Source: Azolla caroliniana
Lineage: Eukaryota; Plantae; Polypodiophyta
Reading direction: 5' to 3'
Length of the DNA: 64,000 bases
NCBI GenBank assembly: GCA_043228905.1
Contig: JBHGNT010000002.1
Location: 6,014,001 to 6,078,000 of the forward strand
Both the position numbers and the translations under genes were made by a program. This document shows positions 50,327 through 64,000 of this stretch, one piece after another (within the stretch, counting starts at the first letter, position 1; every line of letters begins with the position of its first letter). The notes under the pieces are model-generated. The model had not been told where the DNA came from. It did no database searches and was given only the letters and a program-made list of their open reading frames with translations.

Positions 50327-53300
50327 TGTTGAGCGGCAAGCTCAACCGGATCCGGATCGGCTGAAGAAGCCTAAACCGGATCGGTTAGACGGTGAGCAAG
50401 TGAGCCAGTGAGTTGGGGATCCGGGAGAAGATCAAGCAGTAACCGGAAGCCAAGTAGCAGCTAGACTACTAGGTAGTTAAGGTCTTGTAGTTAGTGTCAG
50501 ATGCTCGTGTGAGCATTGAAGTACACCGTAGTTCTGTCAGTCCGTATGGACTTGTATAAAAGTGTTCACTAAACACATATGATGTACAAAGTATTACAAA
50601 GTTTTAGAGTTATTTTTTAATAGAGTCTTTCACTCCCTCTCTTTCGCTCCCGCGTACTGTGTATATTCAAGCTCTCCATGAAACCTGCGTTTCTATGTTT
50701 TCGGTTTTCTATTGCTTCCGCACACTATTCTTTCACATGGTATCATAGTGGGAGGGTTGAGAATCTCTGCAGCCGACATCAGCATCTGAAGACAAACCCT
50801 AAGAACAGAAAGAGAAGTAATGGACATAGGAATTGCTAGCTCGCTCCCGATGGAGAAGCTCCATAGAAACAACTACGCATCTTGGTCCTACAAGATGCAC
50901 CAGTACCTGCTCGGGCACGGCTAATGGAGCTATGTTGACGGAGCAAATGACACAGCACCCGAATCGACACATAGAGATTTCCTGGTGTGGGAACATTCGG
51001 CGAGTAGAGTACTATACTGCTTCGCGTCTTGTGTGGGCGAACAACTCCTAAGCTACATTTAGGATGCAAAGATGCCGAAAGATACTTGGGGAAATCTAAA
51101 GAAGATTTTTGCCGCTAGCACTGCAGCTAGGAAGCTTCAACTCCGACAGGAGTTGAGCAACCTACGACAACGTGACTTGTCAGTGGCAGACTACACCTCC
51201 AAAATCAGGGACATTTGCAACTCTCAAGCCTCCATCGATGTGAATATCGAAGAAGCCGATATGGTGCAAATCTGTCTTGGATGTTTGGCGTCAAAGTTCG
51301 GAGCGTTCTGAACTGCTGTGTGTACAAGGGAGAATACGTCGTGATTTTTTGACTTACAGTCGATGCTCCTTGTAGAGGAGAACCACGTCGGTGCATCAAA
51401 AAGTGCACCCACCGACAGCCGGATGTTGTACACGGAAGCGGATCAGCCCCGTGGGTGTGGTGGACGAGGCGGGTCGGCTCGCAATAGTAGTGGCCGGCAA
51501 GAGCAGGACCGAAGGCACAAAGAAAGTGCCGACAGCAGTTTCGGACCTTCCACAAGCAGGGGGAGTCAAGGCGGCGCCGGAGGCCGGCAAGAAAAGTCCG
51601 ACACGGAATACTCGTACTGTGGTAAAAAGGGCCACAGAGAAAGCGAGTGCTGGAAGAAGCACGCTGATTCGGAGAGATCCGGATCCGGCAAGGCCGGTAG
51701 AGAGAACTGACAATACTCACACTACCTAGAAGGATCAGGAGGATCCAAAACCGGGAAAGCCGGTAAAGGGCCAGCCTTGGTGATGAAACATGAGGTTAAC
51801 TCGATGAAGAAGACCACTTCCAAATCGGAGGAGGTGTGGTATGTTGATTCCGGTGTGTCGAATCACATGACGAGCCACGAAGAGTGGTTCTCTTTCTTGG
51901 AGAAACCGGAACAACCAAGAGTTGTTGAAACCGGAGACGACACTCTACACCCAATCGTACATGTCGGAGAAGTCCCTTTGAGCCACGTCGGACAAAGGGG
52001 GAAGCTGATGAATGTATTACACGTTTCGACCATCATGAAGAACCTGGTGTCGGTTGGACAGATTGTCAACCAGGGAATGAAGGTGCAGTTTACGCACCTC
52101 GGGTGCTTCATCGAGGAAGAGGGCCAAATCATTACGCAAGGGCGTAGAGACGGGAGGATGTTTATCCTCGACACCAATGACGTCGGCACCACTTTGTTCA
52201 CCAAAGGATAGAAGATTGAATCGGATATTGATCTCTCGCACAAGAGGATCAACCACGTCAATTACTGGAGGCTTCAAGAGTTGCAAACGAAACAAGTTGT
52301 TTTCGGTTTGCCGAAGTTTAGTGGCCGAAAGGCCCATGTATCTGAAGCCTGCCAACTCGGGAAGCAACACCGGCTTCCATTCCCCACCGACCGAAACCGT
52401 AGTCGTAACAAGCTCAACCTTATTCATTTGGATGTATTGGGACTGGCACAGAATGTTAGTCTTGGCGGGAGTCGGTATTTCGTCTCCTTCATCGACGACT
52501 ATAGCCGACACACATGGATCGACCTCATTGAGCGAAACAGCGAAATATTCGAGTGTTTCCGGAACCTACAAAGCCTGGTTGAACAGGAAACGGAGAGGAA
52601 GATCAAGTACCTGCGGTCGGATTGCAGAAAAGAATATTTTTCCAGCCAATTCAACAATTATCTGCAACAAAAAGGAATTCAGAGAGAGTTTAGCTGCAGA
52701 TACACACCAGAGCAAAACGGTGTGGCTGAAAGGAAGAATCGGTCGATTGTCGACGCGACAAGGGCAATGCTGGAGGAGAAGAGCATGCCCCATTTCTACT
52801 AGGCGGAGGCAATCCAGACGGTCGTTTACATCCAAAACCGGATCGGTGACAAGGTGTCTTCACATGAGCTATATTTCAGGCACAAGCCGAATTTGAGACA
52901 CCTTCAGATATTCGGTAGCATTGCATATGTGCCTGTGCCAGATGAGAAGCAGAGGAAGTTGGATGCAAAGTCGGAGAAATGCATCTTGGTCGGTTACGCG
53001 CATGAGCAAAAGGGGTATAAGTGTTATAACCCCCGAACGAAGCAGGTCCGAGTTAGCCGGGATGTTGAGTTTGATGAGACGACATCATGGTATGCCTTAC
53101 CAGCTCCGACTTCCGACCCCAACCCGATACTGAAGGATGAGGCTAGTGAGCTTGAACCGGTCCAGATAGAAGATGAAGACCTCGGCACTCTAGAAGAGAA
53201 TCTGATCTCATTTCGGTTAAGTGGACCGAATGAGCGGTTGAGTGGGGATGACCAATCGGATGACGAACCGGCGAGTAATGGAGACTCTACCGTGCTCTCC

Positions 53301-54096
53301 CCATGCAAGGAACCGAGGAGACGGTTCACATGAAAAGAGAAGGGGAGGAAGAAGATGCCGGAGTACGAAACCGGCAACATTGAGTCGGATCGGGGCGAAT
53401 CCAACTCCGGAAAGGATGTGGGCGAATTTTCGGCAACAATGACCGCACTGGCCAAGAAGGGCCTCAAACTGGGTAACGATAAGTTATGCCGGTCTTCCAA
53501 TCAAAAGAACCCCATAAAGCGGTATGGGTACAATGAGTACATGGCACATCACTATACGTACATAACCAAGGTGGCGGAAGTGCATGAGCCGGAGAGCTAT
53601 GCAAAAGCGGCAAAAGACGCAAATTGGCGTGCCGCTATGGAGGAAGAAATGTGGGCACTTGATGCCAACGACACATGGGACCTAGTTGACCCTCCCCGAC
53701 GCTGTAAACCGATCGGATGTAAGTGGGTATACAAGGTAAAGTACAATGTTGATGGTTCGGTTAATCGGTACAAGGCCCGGTTAGTGGCAAAGGGATACGC
53801 GAAGAGCCACAGAATCGACTACGACGAGACCTTCGCTCCAGTAGCGAAGATGACGACGGTTCGTGTGGTGCTAGCGGTTGCTACGGCAAGGGAGTGGCAT
53901 CTTCACCAGATGGACGTGAAGAACGATCTTGAAGAAGAGGTCTTTATGACCCAACCTCCCGGTTTCCAGATGGAGATGAACAAGTCGACGGTATGCCAGC
54001 TGAAGAAGTCACTTTATGGCCTGAAGCAAGCCCCCCGAGCTTGGAGTACGAAGATCACGCACCGGTTGCATAAGATGGGGTTTGCGGCCTCCAAGT

Positions 54097-57000
54097 TGTT
54101 ACCGGCCGGCAAAGGAGTCCCGAGTGTGAAACGAAGGAGTTATTTAATTATTAAGGAATGGTTGTAAGTAAGCTATTAGTGTGGACGGATGGACCGGAAT
54201 CGGTATGCCGTTCCGGATCCGGACCGATCCCGAACAGGTGCGGATGGCACCGTTTTGTACTACAAACCGGAAACCTATTTAAAGGCCCGGATACAATGTA
54301 ATGAGCAACGGATAATTAATGAAGCTTAGTGTTTTTATCTCTCTGTGTTAATTGTTGTTCTGCATTCATTGTTATATCTTACGCGTGTGATTATTAAGGA
54401 CGATCTTGCTAAGTAACCTAATTAAGTCGGATTAATCGTTGAGCCTAATCCTCTTGCCGTAACACCCCTTTGGTGAAGTGTCTTCTGTAGACACCCTCTG
54501 TTAGGCCATTGTCCGGCCCTAAGAGTTAACACAGTTTTTGGTGACCACGATTCCTGTTTTTGCAGCGAACGACGGCATGAATGGATGACTAGATCAACGC
54601 ACGACCTGGTTACAGATCGAACTCGATGCCTTGCCGAAAGACAAAGGAGACATGAGGCTTTCCAGCAAGCGGTGCAGGAAATTACTGCGGATCGCTCGTT
54701 TTCCAACGTAATCCGGAGAGTAGCGGAGGAGTCCCTCCGGTTACAGCAAACATCGCACTTGGACGACGGCAGCAACCTAATAAGCCTCCGGGAAACCGAA
54801 TCCCTTCTCCAGGCGTTCGCAAGCAGAGAAGGCGAAGCAGAAGCCTTTTCAGCATATGAATCGGATTCCGAAGGGGGATACAGCGTGCACACGAACTACC
54901 GTAGCAGCAACGACACCCCGGGCGGACCGGAGGACGAAGGATCAGACACCTTACCGACACCGGAACCGGAAGTGCTAAGACTGGAACCTCCGGAACTAGA
55001 AGTAGAGGAAGAGCGACCTCCGACACCGGAAGTCGAGGAGGAGAGGCCTCTGTCACCAAAAGAAGAGGAAAGACCACCGACGCCAGAGAAAAACCAGGAA
55101 CGACCACCAACAACACCAGCCCACGCACCGATACCGGACGACGACATGCCGTTCCAGTACTCCAAGTATAGAGACGATCCGAACGCAGAAGCTCATGTTC
55201 ACACTTTTGAACAGACATGGGAAGCAAACCATGTGTCCCAGGGATTGACCCCGGAGGAAGAGGAATGCTCTAAGATAGCAGAATTTGGCGTCACATTGGA
55301 GGGACCGGCAGCAAGATGGCGCCGGACGCAGGACCCGTCTACCATCACCACCTTCGCAGATTTAAAAGCTAAATTGTTGCATTTTTTCCAAAAGGAGGTG
55401 GACCAGACAGTAATGGTGGGCTTGTTTTATACCATCCGACAGGAGGAACGGGAGAGCATTCCCCAGTTTGTCATCCGGTTTCAACGGATGCATAGTCACC
55501 TTGCTCTCGCAGCCCCGGAGGAATAATTACGGACTATATTCCTAAATGCGCTCCAGGAACCCCTACGCACGATTTGCATGGTAATTGACTTCCACGCAAG
55601 TACCATCGACCAGGTCATTGACCACGTAACAGACTTAGAGCAGCAAAAGGAGAACACCGTAGGGCTTGCCAGCGGCAGTCACTCCGAGAACGAGACATGG
55701 CAGGCGTTGCAAGAATGCCAGATTACGTTGCCACTAGGAAGACTCCTATAGCTCGTGCCGAGATTCACGGAAGGACTGAAGACAGCCATGACGGAAGGAG
55801 AACCATCACCGGCACCGGTACTCTTCTCGAATCCGGAGGAGGGACCAACGGTGGTGGACACCAACAGTCTGGTAATTACTGCCATTGTAAAAGGGAAAGA
55901 ACTTCCCAGCACAGTAATAGACGGAGGCTCCGGTGTAAATGTAATAAGCCTCCGGACGTGTGATGCCCTGGGAATCCACGAGTGGGAGCCGTGTCCGTTT
56001 TGGTTATGGATGGCCGATACAAGCTCAGTGCGGTCGACAGGATTAATACGAAAATTAGAAGTCACCATTGGCGGTCATACATTTCACATCTCGGCAGTAG
56101 TGCTACAATTACAGGCACAAGGCGCGTACCCCCTATTGCTGGGGCGACCATGGTTGAAAACGGCACATATCAAACAGAATTGGAGGAAAAATATAATTAC
56201 CTTTCGGCGAGGAAAAGCCAAGGTACGTGTACCAACACAGCCAAGGACGAGCACTGGCAAGGAATGTACACCGTTGTATGCAGAGTGAGTCAACATGCTA
56301 GAAGGGTTAGCTGATGAAGAAGAAGCTCAGTACTTGCAGGAAAACCTGAAGATCGTACCCCTCTTCGAAATTGACATTGCCGAAGCAATAGTACCATACT
56401 TACCGCAGCAGGAAGAGATTGAAGCAGAACCGGATAAGGACGCAATCCGAGAGTTATGGCAAGCACAGGAAGCATTGGAATGGGAAATGGCCGTTTCACA
56501 GCGCATAAAAGCGTCGCAACTTGAAGAGGTGAACCTAGGGACCACAGATGAAGCAAAACCGGTGCACATCGCCAAGAAGATGAGGTCCGAAGACAAAATG
56601 GCGATGATCACACTTCTCACGGAATTTCGCGACGTGTTTGCCTGGTCATACGAAGACATGCGAGGGCTCGACCCTCAGTTATACTAGCATCAGATTCACT
56701 TGAGCAAGGACGCAAAACCAGTGGCACAAAGATGGTACCGGATGACTCCCAATTATGCCGCCAAAGTCAAGGAGGAAATTGACAAACTGCTAAGAGTTGG
56801 CTTTATCCGTTCGGTAAAGAAAGCGCCATGGCTGAGCCTGATCGTAGTCGTACCAAAGAAGAAACGGAAAAATTCGAGTTTGTGTGGACTACCGGAAACT
56901 CAATGCGGCTACGGTAACGGATGTGTTTCCACTTCCGTTCACAGATGGAGTGTTGGATGCCGTCGCCGGCCATGAGGTCTATAGCTTTCTAGACGGATTT

Positions 57001-60000
57001 AGTGGGTATAATCAGATCCGGATGCACCGCGGCGACCAAGAGAAACCGGCTTTCGTCACCGAATGGGGGGTGTTTGTGGCCGTGGTGATGATGTTCGGAC
57101 TCAAAATGGCACCGGCAACATTCCAACGAATCATCATGGAAATCTTTGGTGAATATATCCCAGCTTTTATGCAAGTTTTCCTTGACGATTTCACCATCTA
57201 TAGCCGGGAAAAGGATCATTTTCAGCACCTCCGTCTTTGTCTAGAAAAGTGTAGAGCGTACCGGCTAAGCTTGAATCCGGCGAAGTGTGTATTTGGCGTG
57301 TCCAGTGGAACCCTACAAGGACATATTGTGAGCAAGGAAGGCATTGTAGTCGACCCGGACAAAGTGAAAGCCATATTAGAAGCACCGGCGCCGGCAACGG
57401 CAAAGGCATTGAGCCGGTTCTTAGGCTAGATTCAGTGGCACAGTCGGATGCTTCGATACTTGGCCGACTTGGCTACACCGTTGCATGCCGCGGTACATCG
57501 AACACCATTCCAGTGGACCGACACCGAGGATAGGGCGTATAGGGCCCTCAAGGTACTATTGTTGCAAGCACCGGTAGTGCAACCTCCGGATTGGAGTAAA
57601 GAATTTCATGTGTTCGTGGACGCCTCCGACATCGCAATCGGAAGTGCATTGATGCAGCTTACGGAGCCAAAGTGGTACCGGCCAGTGTACTATGCCAGCC
57701 GAATGCTATCCCAAGCGGAACGGAACTACTCTACCACGGAACGGGAAGCTCTAGGGATGATCTACAGTGTGACAAAGTTTCGGCATTATTTATTGGGATG
57801 GAAGTTTTCCTTCCATGTAGATCATTCGACACTCCTCTACCTGGTGTCCAAGGCGTCACTCACCGGTAAGTTGGCCCGGTCAACCTTACTGTTACAGGAA
57901 TTCGAGTTCGAAATATTCCACCGACCCGGTATACAGCATGCCATAGCGGATTATTTAAGCCGATTAGAGTCTAGAGAGACGGGCGACGGAGTAGCGGACG
58001 AGTTTCCGGATGCGGAGCTGTTTCGAGTCACTACGGAAACGACAACAGATGAGACGATGGCACAGGAAGACAAGTGGCTCACAAATATGCACCAGTTTCT
58101 GAGCACAGGACTGCCTCCAGAGGAAATGAACCGGGAAGAAAGGAAACGTCTGGCGGTGCAAAGCCAACATTTCTGCTTACTGCGAGACACACTTTACCAC
58201 AAGGGCGCGGACGGCATATGGAGACGGGTTGTGTGCAGCGATGAAAACGACCTCATACTGAGGGAAGCCCACTGCGGAGTTGCCAGAGGTCACTATGCCG
58301 GAGATGCGACGGCCAGGAAAATATGGCAAAGTGGCCTATGGTGGTCAACTACATTAAGAGATGTTGTACGGTACGCAAAAGAATGTGACTTATGCCAGCG
58401 AATGGGCCAGCCAACGGAGCAAGCTCGGATGCCACACCAGCCTGTACTACTAGAAGTGGGGGCTGAACTTTGTTGGACCGTTCAAACCACTGGCAATGAG
58501 AACAGGTAATCGGTACGTCATCGTCGCGACAGATTACTGCACGAAATGGGTGGAGGCCAAAGCCTTAAGAGACAACACCGCTGCGTCAACGGCAAAATTT
58601 CTATACGAATACATCTGGTGCCGTTACGGATGCCCAATCGAATTAATAAGCGACCAAGGGGGGTACTTTCTCGGCCATGTAGTTGAAAGCCTGACGACAT
58701 TCTATGCCGTTGTCCATAAACGGAGCACACCGTACTATCCGCAAGCAAACGGGTTAGCTGAGTCGACAAACAAAACGCTCCAGAATATCCTCCGGAAGAT
58801 CGTCAACGAAAACCGGACGGATTGGGATACCAAGCTACATAGCGCGCTTTGGGAAATACCGGACAGCATACAAAACGAGCATCCGAACAACATCGTTCCG
58901 GTTAGCGTTCGGACTAGAGGCAGTCATGCCGGTGGAATTCCAAGTACCAAGCTTATGGATCCAGCTACGGGAACGGCTGAACGAGAAGGAGTCGGAGGCA
59001 ATACGGTTAACAACGCTGTGTGAACTTGAGGAACAATGACTGGCAAGCATCTTGCACTTAGAATTGGAACAACGGCGACGGAAAGCATTTGTTGACTGGC
59101 ACAGGAAAGGAAATGAAAAAATGTTCGAAATCGGCAAGCTGGTGTTAGTATTTCAGACCCGGATGGGCAAGATGTCGGGCAAACTACGGTTTAGATGGAC
59201 CGGCCCGTATTGGCTGACACATGAGTATAATGGGTCCTACCAGTTAGGGACACTTGCTAGCGAAGTGCTAGGCAAATGGGTCAACAGATTCAGATTGAAG
59301 CCATATAGAGGACTGATGCCCAAGAACCCATTTGAGCAAAGGACCGACACCGGATCGGGAACCGGTGCGGAAACGGCAACCTGTGAGGGAAACGGCAACC
59401 ACCAAGACGGAGGAGATGGCAAGCCGGTAATTGGGCAGAATGAGGCGACGGCAAACCGTAATGAGGCCGGTAAGGGTCCGATAGGACCAACGGACAAGTA
59501 ACCTCACACTACATTAAAATTAAATAAATAAATAAATAAATAAGCAAAGGAATCATGCAAAAGCGAGGTATGAATGGACGAGAGAGCGAGGAGTGAAAAG
59601 GTACGTAGTGGGCATTTAAGCGCCGCCACAGGACATAATGCTATTTTAGGACACAACGTGCACACGCTCGAAAAAGGCGCCAGAATGCACAGAGAAAAAC
59701 CACTGCGCATGGAGACCCTCTCATTTCGTGAACCCAAGAGCACAGAAGCACCAAGGCGTTGGAAGATCAGCAGACGAGAACCTACGCACAGAGAACCCCC
59801 GCTTTCTGAACTCTCTCTCTCTCACTCTCACTCTCATCACCATCCAACCTCGCCACCACAATCCGACCTCGACATAGACATGGACCCGCAAACGTTGTCG
59901 GAAGCCGCCAAGAAATGGCTAAAGCAACACAGGCTCGAGGGCTTCTTGACGATTATGGAGGCACCGCCACACAAAGAAGCCGACAAGGTGATCAAAGAAA

Positions 60001-62100
60001 TCGACACAGAGGTCATAACGGATGAGGCGATCCGTGCGTTAACAGGTCTTCCGGAGGGAGGCATATTCATGATCGACAATCCGACCTCGGAGCAACTCAT
60101 CAAGTATTTTGGTGAGTACTCCCTAGCCAGCAAGGGCTACCAGACACAGGGAGGCGGAGATATGTTGTTCCGCGAGATTGCCCGTGTGCTCCACGAATAC
60201 GGCCATGTGTACCCTAGACCCCCTCTCATGCGGCAGAACCGGGCAGGGATGATCATCGCCACCTATGAAGGGATCAAGGGGGATTGGCCGGTATTGATTG
60301 CAAACGGTTTGTGTGCGGCAATCGAGATCGTCAGAGGAAAAGACGGCAAAGAAGGCCGAGACGGATGGAGGATATGGCACGCAGTAACGCAGTGGCTCAC
60401 CTTGCTTGGGCCACCCGTCCAGCCCGTCCAACCCAAGAAGCGGGGAAGAGTGGCAGACGGCACCCCAAAGACTACTTCCAAAAGACAACAGAAACGGAAT
60501 CGCAACTTGGCGCAATCAGGCGGGACCACCCACCTACAAGCGAGCCCATCCATCAAACCTCCGTGCAAGCACAACAACAATGCACCGGTAGCCTGTGGCT
60601 CCGGTGGATAGGCAAACAGATTGCCGGAGCAGTGGGGTATATTGAGGCGGAAGAACGAGCGCAAAGAGAACGGTTGCTCGTCACAACCAAACAACTAGAG
60701 ATGGCCCGGTCCAGAATCCGGTGCCTTGAAAAAGACTTGGATCAGGTTACAACAGAAATGGCTAAAATGGCCTTAACGGCAACACAGATCCAAGCACCGG
60801 TGACTCCGGTAAGTGTACAGAGTAAAGAAACAGACCAACCTGTACATACTAATAAGACCCCAGCAACGGAAACAGTTCCAGAGAGAGATGCGGCGCAAGC
60901 CCAAGAGCTTGCGGAATTGAGAGATGAACTTGCCGCACAAGAAGCGCTAAGGAGTCGTGAACGGGAATTGAAGACAGCGGCTAAAGCAGAATTAAAGAAG
61001 ACTGTTGAGAACCTCCGTGGGGCAGAGGAGAGCCTCCGGAAAGGCCATCAAGCGTACGACTGGCTAAGGGAGGAAAAAGACAAAGTACTGCAGGAAAAGG
61101 ACAAGCTGCGGAAGACGGCGGAAATGGAAATTGAACGGCTAAAGGAGGAGCTCCGCCAGCATAAGGACCGCGAGGACCGGGCCCGTCGACAGATCAACGT
61201 ACGGCTGAAGCAAAAGACAGATGATTTTGAGCACCTGCACCAGGACTACAAACAGCTGGAAACGGAGCATAAGGAACGGATGGCCGAGCTCCAGCAGGAA
61301 GTTGATCAGGCCGCGACAGCGTTTGCCGACGAACGAGCGGAAAATACAAGACGGTTGGACGAGGCGGAGAAGGTCCGGATGGAGCTCCAGAGTCAGTAGC
61401 AGGAAGAAAGGGAGAGAGCGACAACGGTATTGCAAAAATTACAAAGCACATATCAAAGGCAATTGACGCATTACAAGGAGCAGGCAGCCACCAAAGGACT
61501 AGTCGCAGCAGCCATCAACGGAGCAACAACAACAACAACAACAACAACCAATTCCAGATGAACCATTGGAGACTCTCGAACAAAGCATTCTGGATATTTT
61601 GGACAAAGAATAGCAAGGGTCGGATGGTGGAGTCGACGTACAAGGTACTGTCCCACGGGCGTGCCATGTGTTACCGGCCGGCAAAGGAGTCCAGAGTGTG
61701 AAACGGAGTTATTTAATTATTAAGGAATGGTTGTAAGTAAGCTATTAGTGTGAACGGACGGACCGGAATCGGTATGCCATTCCGGATCCGGACCGATCCC
61801 GAACAGGTGCGGATGGCACCGTTTTGTACTACAAACCGGAAACCTATTTAAAGGCCCGGATACAATGTAATGAGCAGCGGATAATTAATGAAGCTTAGTG
61901 TTTTTATCTCTCTGTGTTAATTGCCGTTCTGCATTCATTGTTATATCTTACGCGTGTGATTATTAAGGACGATCTTGCTAAGTAACCTAATTAAGTCGGA
62001 TTAATCGTTGAGCCTAATCCTCTTGCCGTAACACCCCTTTGGTGAAGTGTCTTCTGTAGACACCCTCTGTTAGGCCATTGTCCGGCCCTAAGAGTTAACA
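54097..62100 (+). mobile_element. Full-length non-chromovirus Ty3/gypsy element G (Athila/Tat/Phygy-Selgy-like) with extra 3' ORF
   Basis: LTRs 54097-54531 and 61669-62100; perfect TSD CAAGT; PBS TGGTGACCACGA; gag 54585 onward; PR VIDGGSG; RT FLDGFSGYNQI, FLDD; RH VDAS; IN HHCC, ISDQG, YPQANGLAE. Confidence 0.96.
59880..61600 (+). pseudogene. Extra ORF of gypsy G: globular N-terminal part + long coiled coil, frameshifted
   Basis: ORFs 59574-60611 and 60284-61399 lie between integrase and 3' LTR; E/K/R/Q/L-rich heptad-like C-terminal half. Confidence 0.7.
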
Positions 62101-64000
62101 CAAGTCCGACTCTTTGTTGTTCATCCGGCAAGGTCCGGAAGGTCCAGTTTACATCGTGGTGTACGTTGATGATCTAGTCATCACCGGACTCGGACTCGAT
62201 GAAATCAGTTGAGTCAAGTCCTAGCTATCAAACGCATTTGAAATGAAGAACCTGGGGACCTTTACTATTTCCTTGGGATCGAGGTGATTCAAACACTTGA
62301 CGGCATATTGCTCTCACAAAGGCACTATGTGTTGAATATGTTGTACAAGTTCGGCATGACGGACTGCCGACTGATCTCCACTCTCCGTCCCAACTCCGAA
62401 CCGGCCTGCGATGAGAAGCGGTTCCGACAAATTGTTAGAAGCCTTATATATTTAACAATCACCCAACCTGACATCAGTTATCCAGTCGGCGTGATCAGCC
62501 AATATATGTAGAAGCCGACCATGGAGCACCTTCTGTGCGTGCATCAAATTTTGCGATATGTGAGCGGCACGAAGGAACGGGGATTGTTATACCGGCATGG
62601 TATAACTGAAGAGCTAGTCGGCTACACCGATGCCGACTGGGCCGATGATGCATCGGATCACCGATCCACCTCTGGCTATATGTTTTCCCTTGGTAGTGCG
62701 GCTATAGCGTGGAGCAGCAAAAAGCAGCCGATAGTGGCCCTTTCGAGCACTAAGGTTGAATACTAGGGCACTACTGTTGCCACCTCTGAAGCCATTTAGC
62801 TTCGGTGACTGCTGCAAGACCTATGGATCGAGGTGTCGACCCCGATCCTGATTTACTGGGACAACATAAGCAGCATACAGCTTGCCAAGAACCCCGTATT
62901 CCATGCTCGCACAAAGCAAATAGAGGTGCACTACCACTTCGTGCGTGAGCGTGTCCTGAGCGGTGAAGTCGAACTTCGATATGTTCATACAAATCGGCAA
63001 GTTGCCGACATCTTCACCAAACCGCTCGGGTCGGATAAGTTGTAGCACTTCACCGAAATCCTTGGTGTTCAGCATCTCAACGTGCCACACTTGAGGGGGA
63101 GAACTGGCAAAGACACCGGAATGGGCAAAGGGAAAGAAACTGTCGATTGCGCCGGTGAGGGAAGAACCGACAATGGGAGAAACAAGAAGAAGAAAGGAGC
63201 CGAGTCGACAAAGGAAGTTGACACATCCGAACATGTCAGAACAAGCGGCAACGACGGCAGAGTCAAGAAGGACAGAGCCGATTGGAAGAAGATGGCCAAG
63301 ACCCGGACATGGTTCGATGTGGTGAAGGGCTTGGAACCGGAAGACGAATCGGGAGCGACCGATTCAGACAAGAGTTGGAACAAATCGGAGACAACCGATT
63401 TGGTTCAATAGGGGGATTCGGAAGAACCGGATCGATTCAAGGCCAAGTGGATGAGAAGGCAGCGAAAGTTGACGCCAACATGAAGGAATCGGCGAATCAG
63501 CAAGCACCCAAAGTCACAGCAGTGATGGAGCCGAATTGGGCCTATTGAGCAGACAAGCCGACCAAGGAGGTTGAGGTGCCCAGGAATAGAAGGGTCACGA
63601 CAAATGGGACCGGACCGGACGAGGAGCGCGAGCGAGGCGGAGTGACACCAGAAAGAGTCAAGTGGAAGGACCGGTTGCCATGGATACTAACACTACGATC
63701 CGACCTCAAGTTGAGCTTGAGGGGGAGTGTTGAGCGGCAAGCTCAACCGGATCCGGATCGGCTGAAGAAGCCTAAGCCGGATCGGCATCCGGAAGGATGA
63801 GCCGGATCAGTTAGACGATGACCAAGTGAGCCGGTGAGCTAGGGAGCCGGTTAGCCAGATCAAGCAATAACCGGAAGCCAAGTAGCAGCTAGACTACTAG
63901 GTAGTTAAGGTCTTATAGTTAGTGTCAGATGCTCATGTGAGCATTGAAGTACACCGTACTTCTGTTAGTCCGTATGGACTTGTATAAAAGTGTTCACTGA

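Larger units (their letters stand above)
50327..64000 (+). mobile_element. Ty1/copia element F (same family as C/D), RT interrupted by gypsy G; 3' LTR runs off the window
   Basis: 5' LTR 50327-50737; PBS TGGTATCATAG; pol resumes at 62101; PPT then 3' LTR from 63728. Confidence 0.95.

Noticed and set aside
17852-63800. Numerous antisense or alternate-frame ORFs over copia and gypsy pol
   Set aside because: Shadow ORFs of GC-balanced TE coding sequence with no recognisable motifs.

Overview
Repeat-dense, heterochromatin-like eukaryotic DNA from a land plant. A seedless plant such as a fern or lycophyte is inferred from an unedited mitochondrial nad4L fragment and the TE repertoire. Most of the window is nested, decayed retrotransposons: about 7 Ty1/copia elements (several with LTR pairs, tRNA-iMet PBS, PPT and 5-bp TSDs), three Tcn1-like chromovirus Ty3/gypsy remnants, one full-length non-chromovirus gypsy with an extra ORF, a solo LTR and an APE-RT LINE. 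No intact host gene is evident; 42.3-46.3 kb holds TRM3/TARBP1-like, nad4L (NUMT) and PPR fragments. The standout is a non-retroelement module at about 8.6-17.2 kb. It contains a Sola-like (DUF7869-type) DDE transposase gene head-to-head with a spliced gene encoding a ParB/Srx-like domain fused to a prokaryote-type beta-class N6-adenine/N4-cytosine DNA methyltransferase. That gene's first intron holds a 51-bp-period array of long palindromes. This copy is pseudogenised. Secondary signals include tRNA-like Pol III promoters and heat-shock-element arrays inside chromovirus LTRs, and an in-frame post-RNase H extension bracketed by duplicated PPTs in the copia family. All family assignments come from motif recognition by eye, not database searches.
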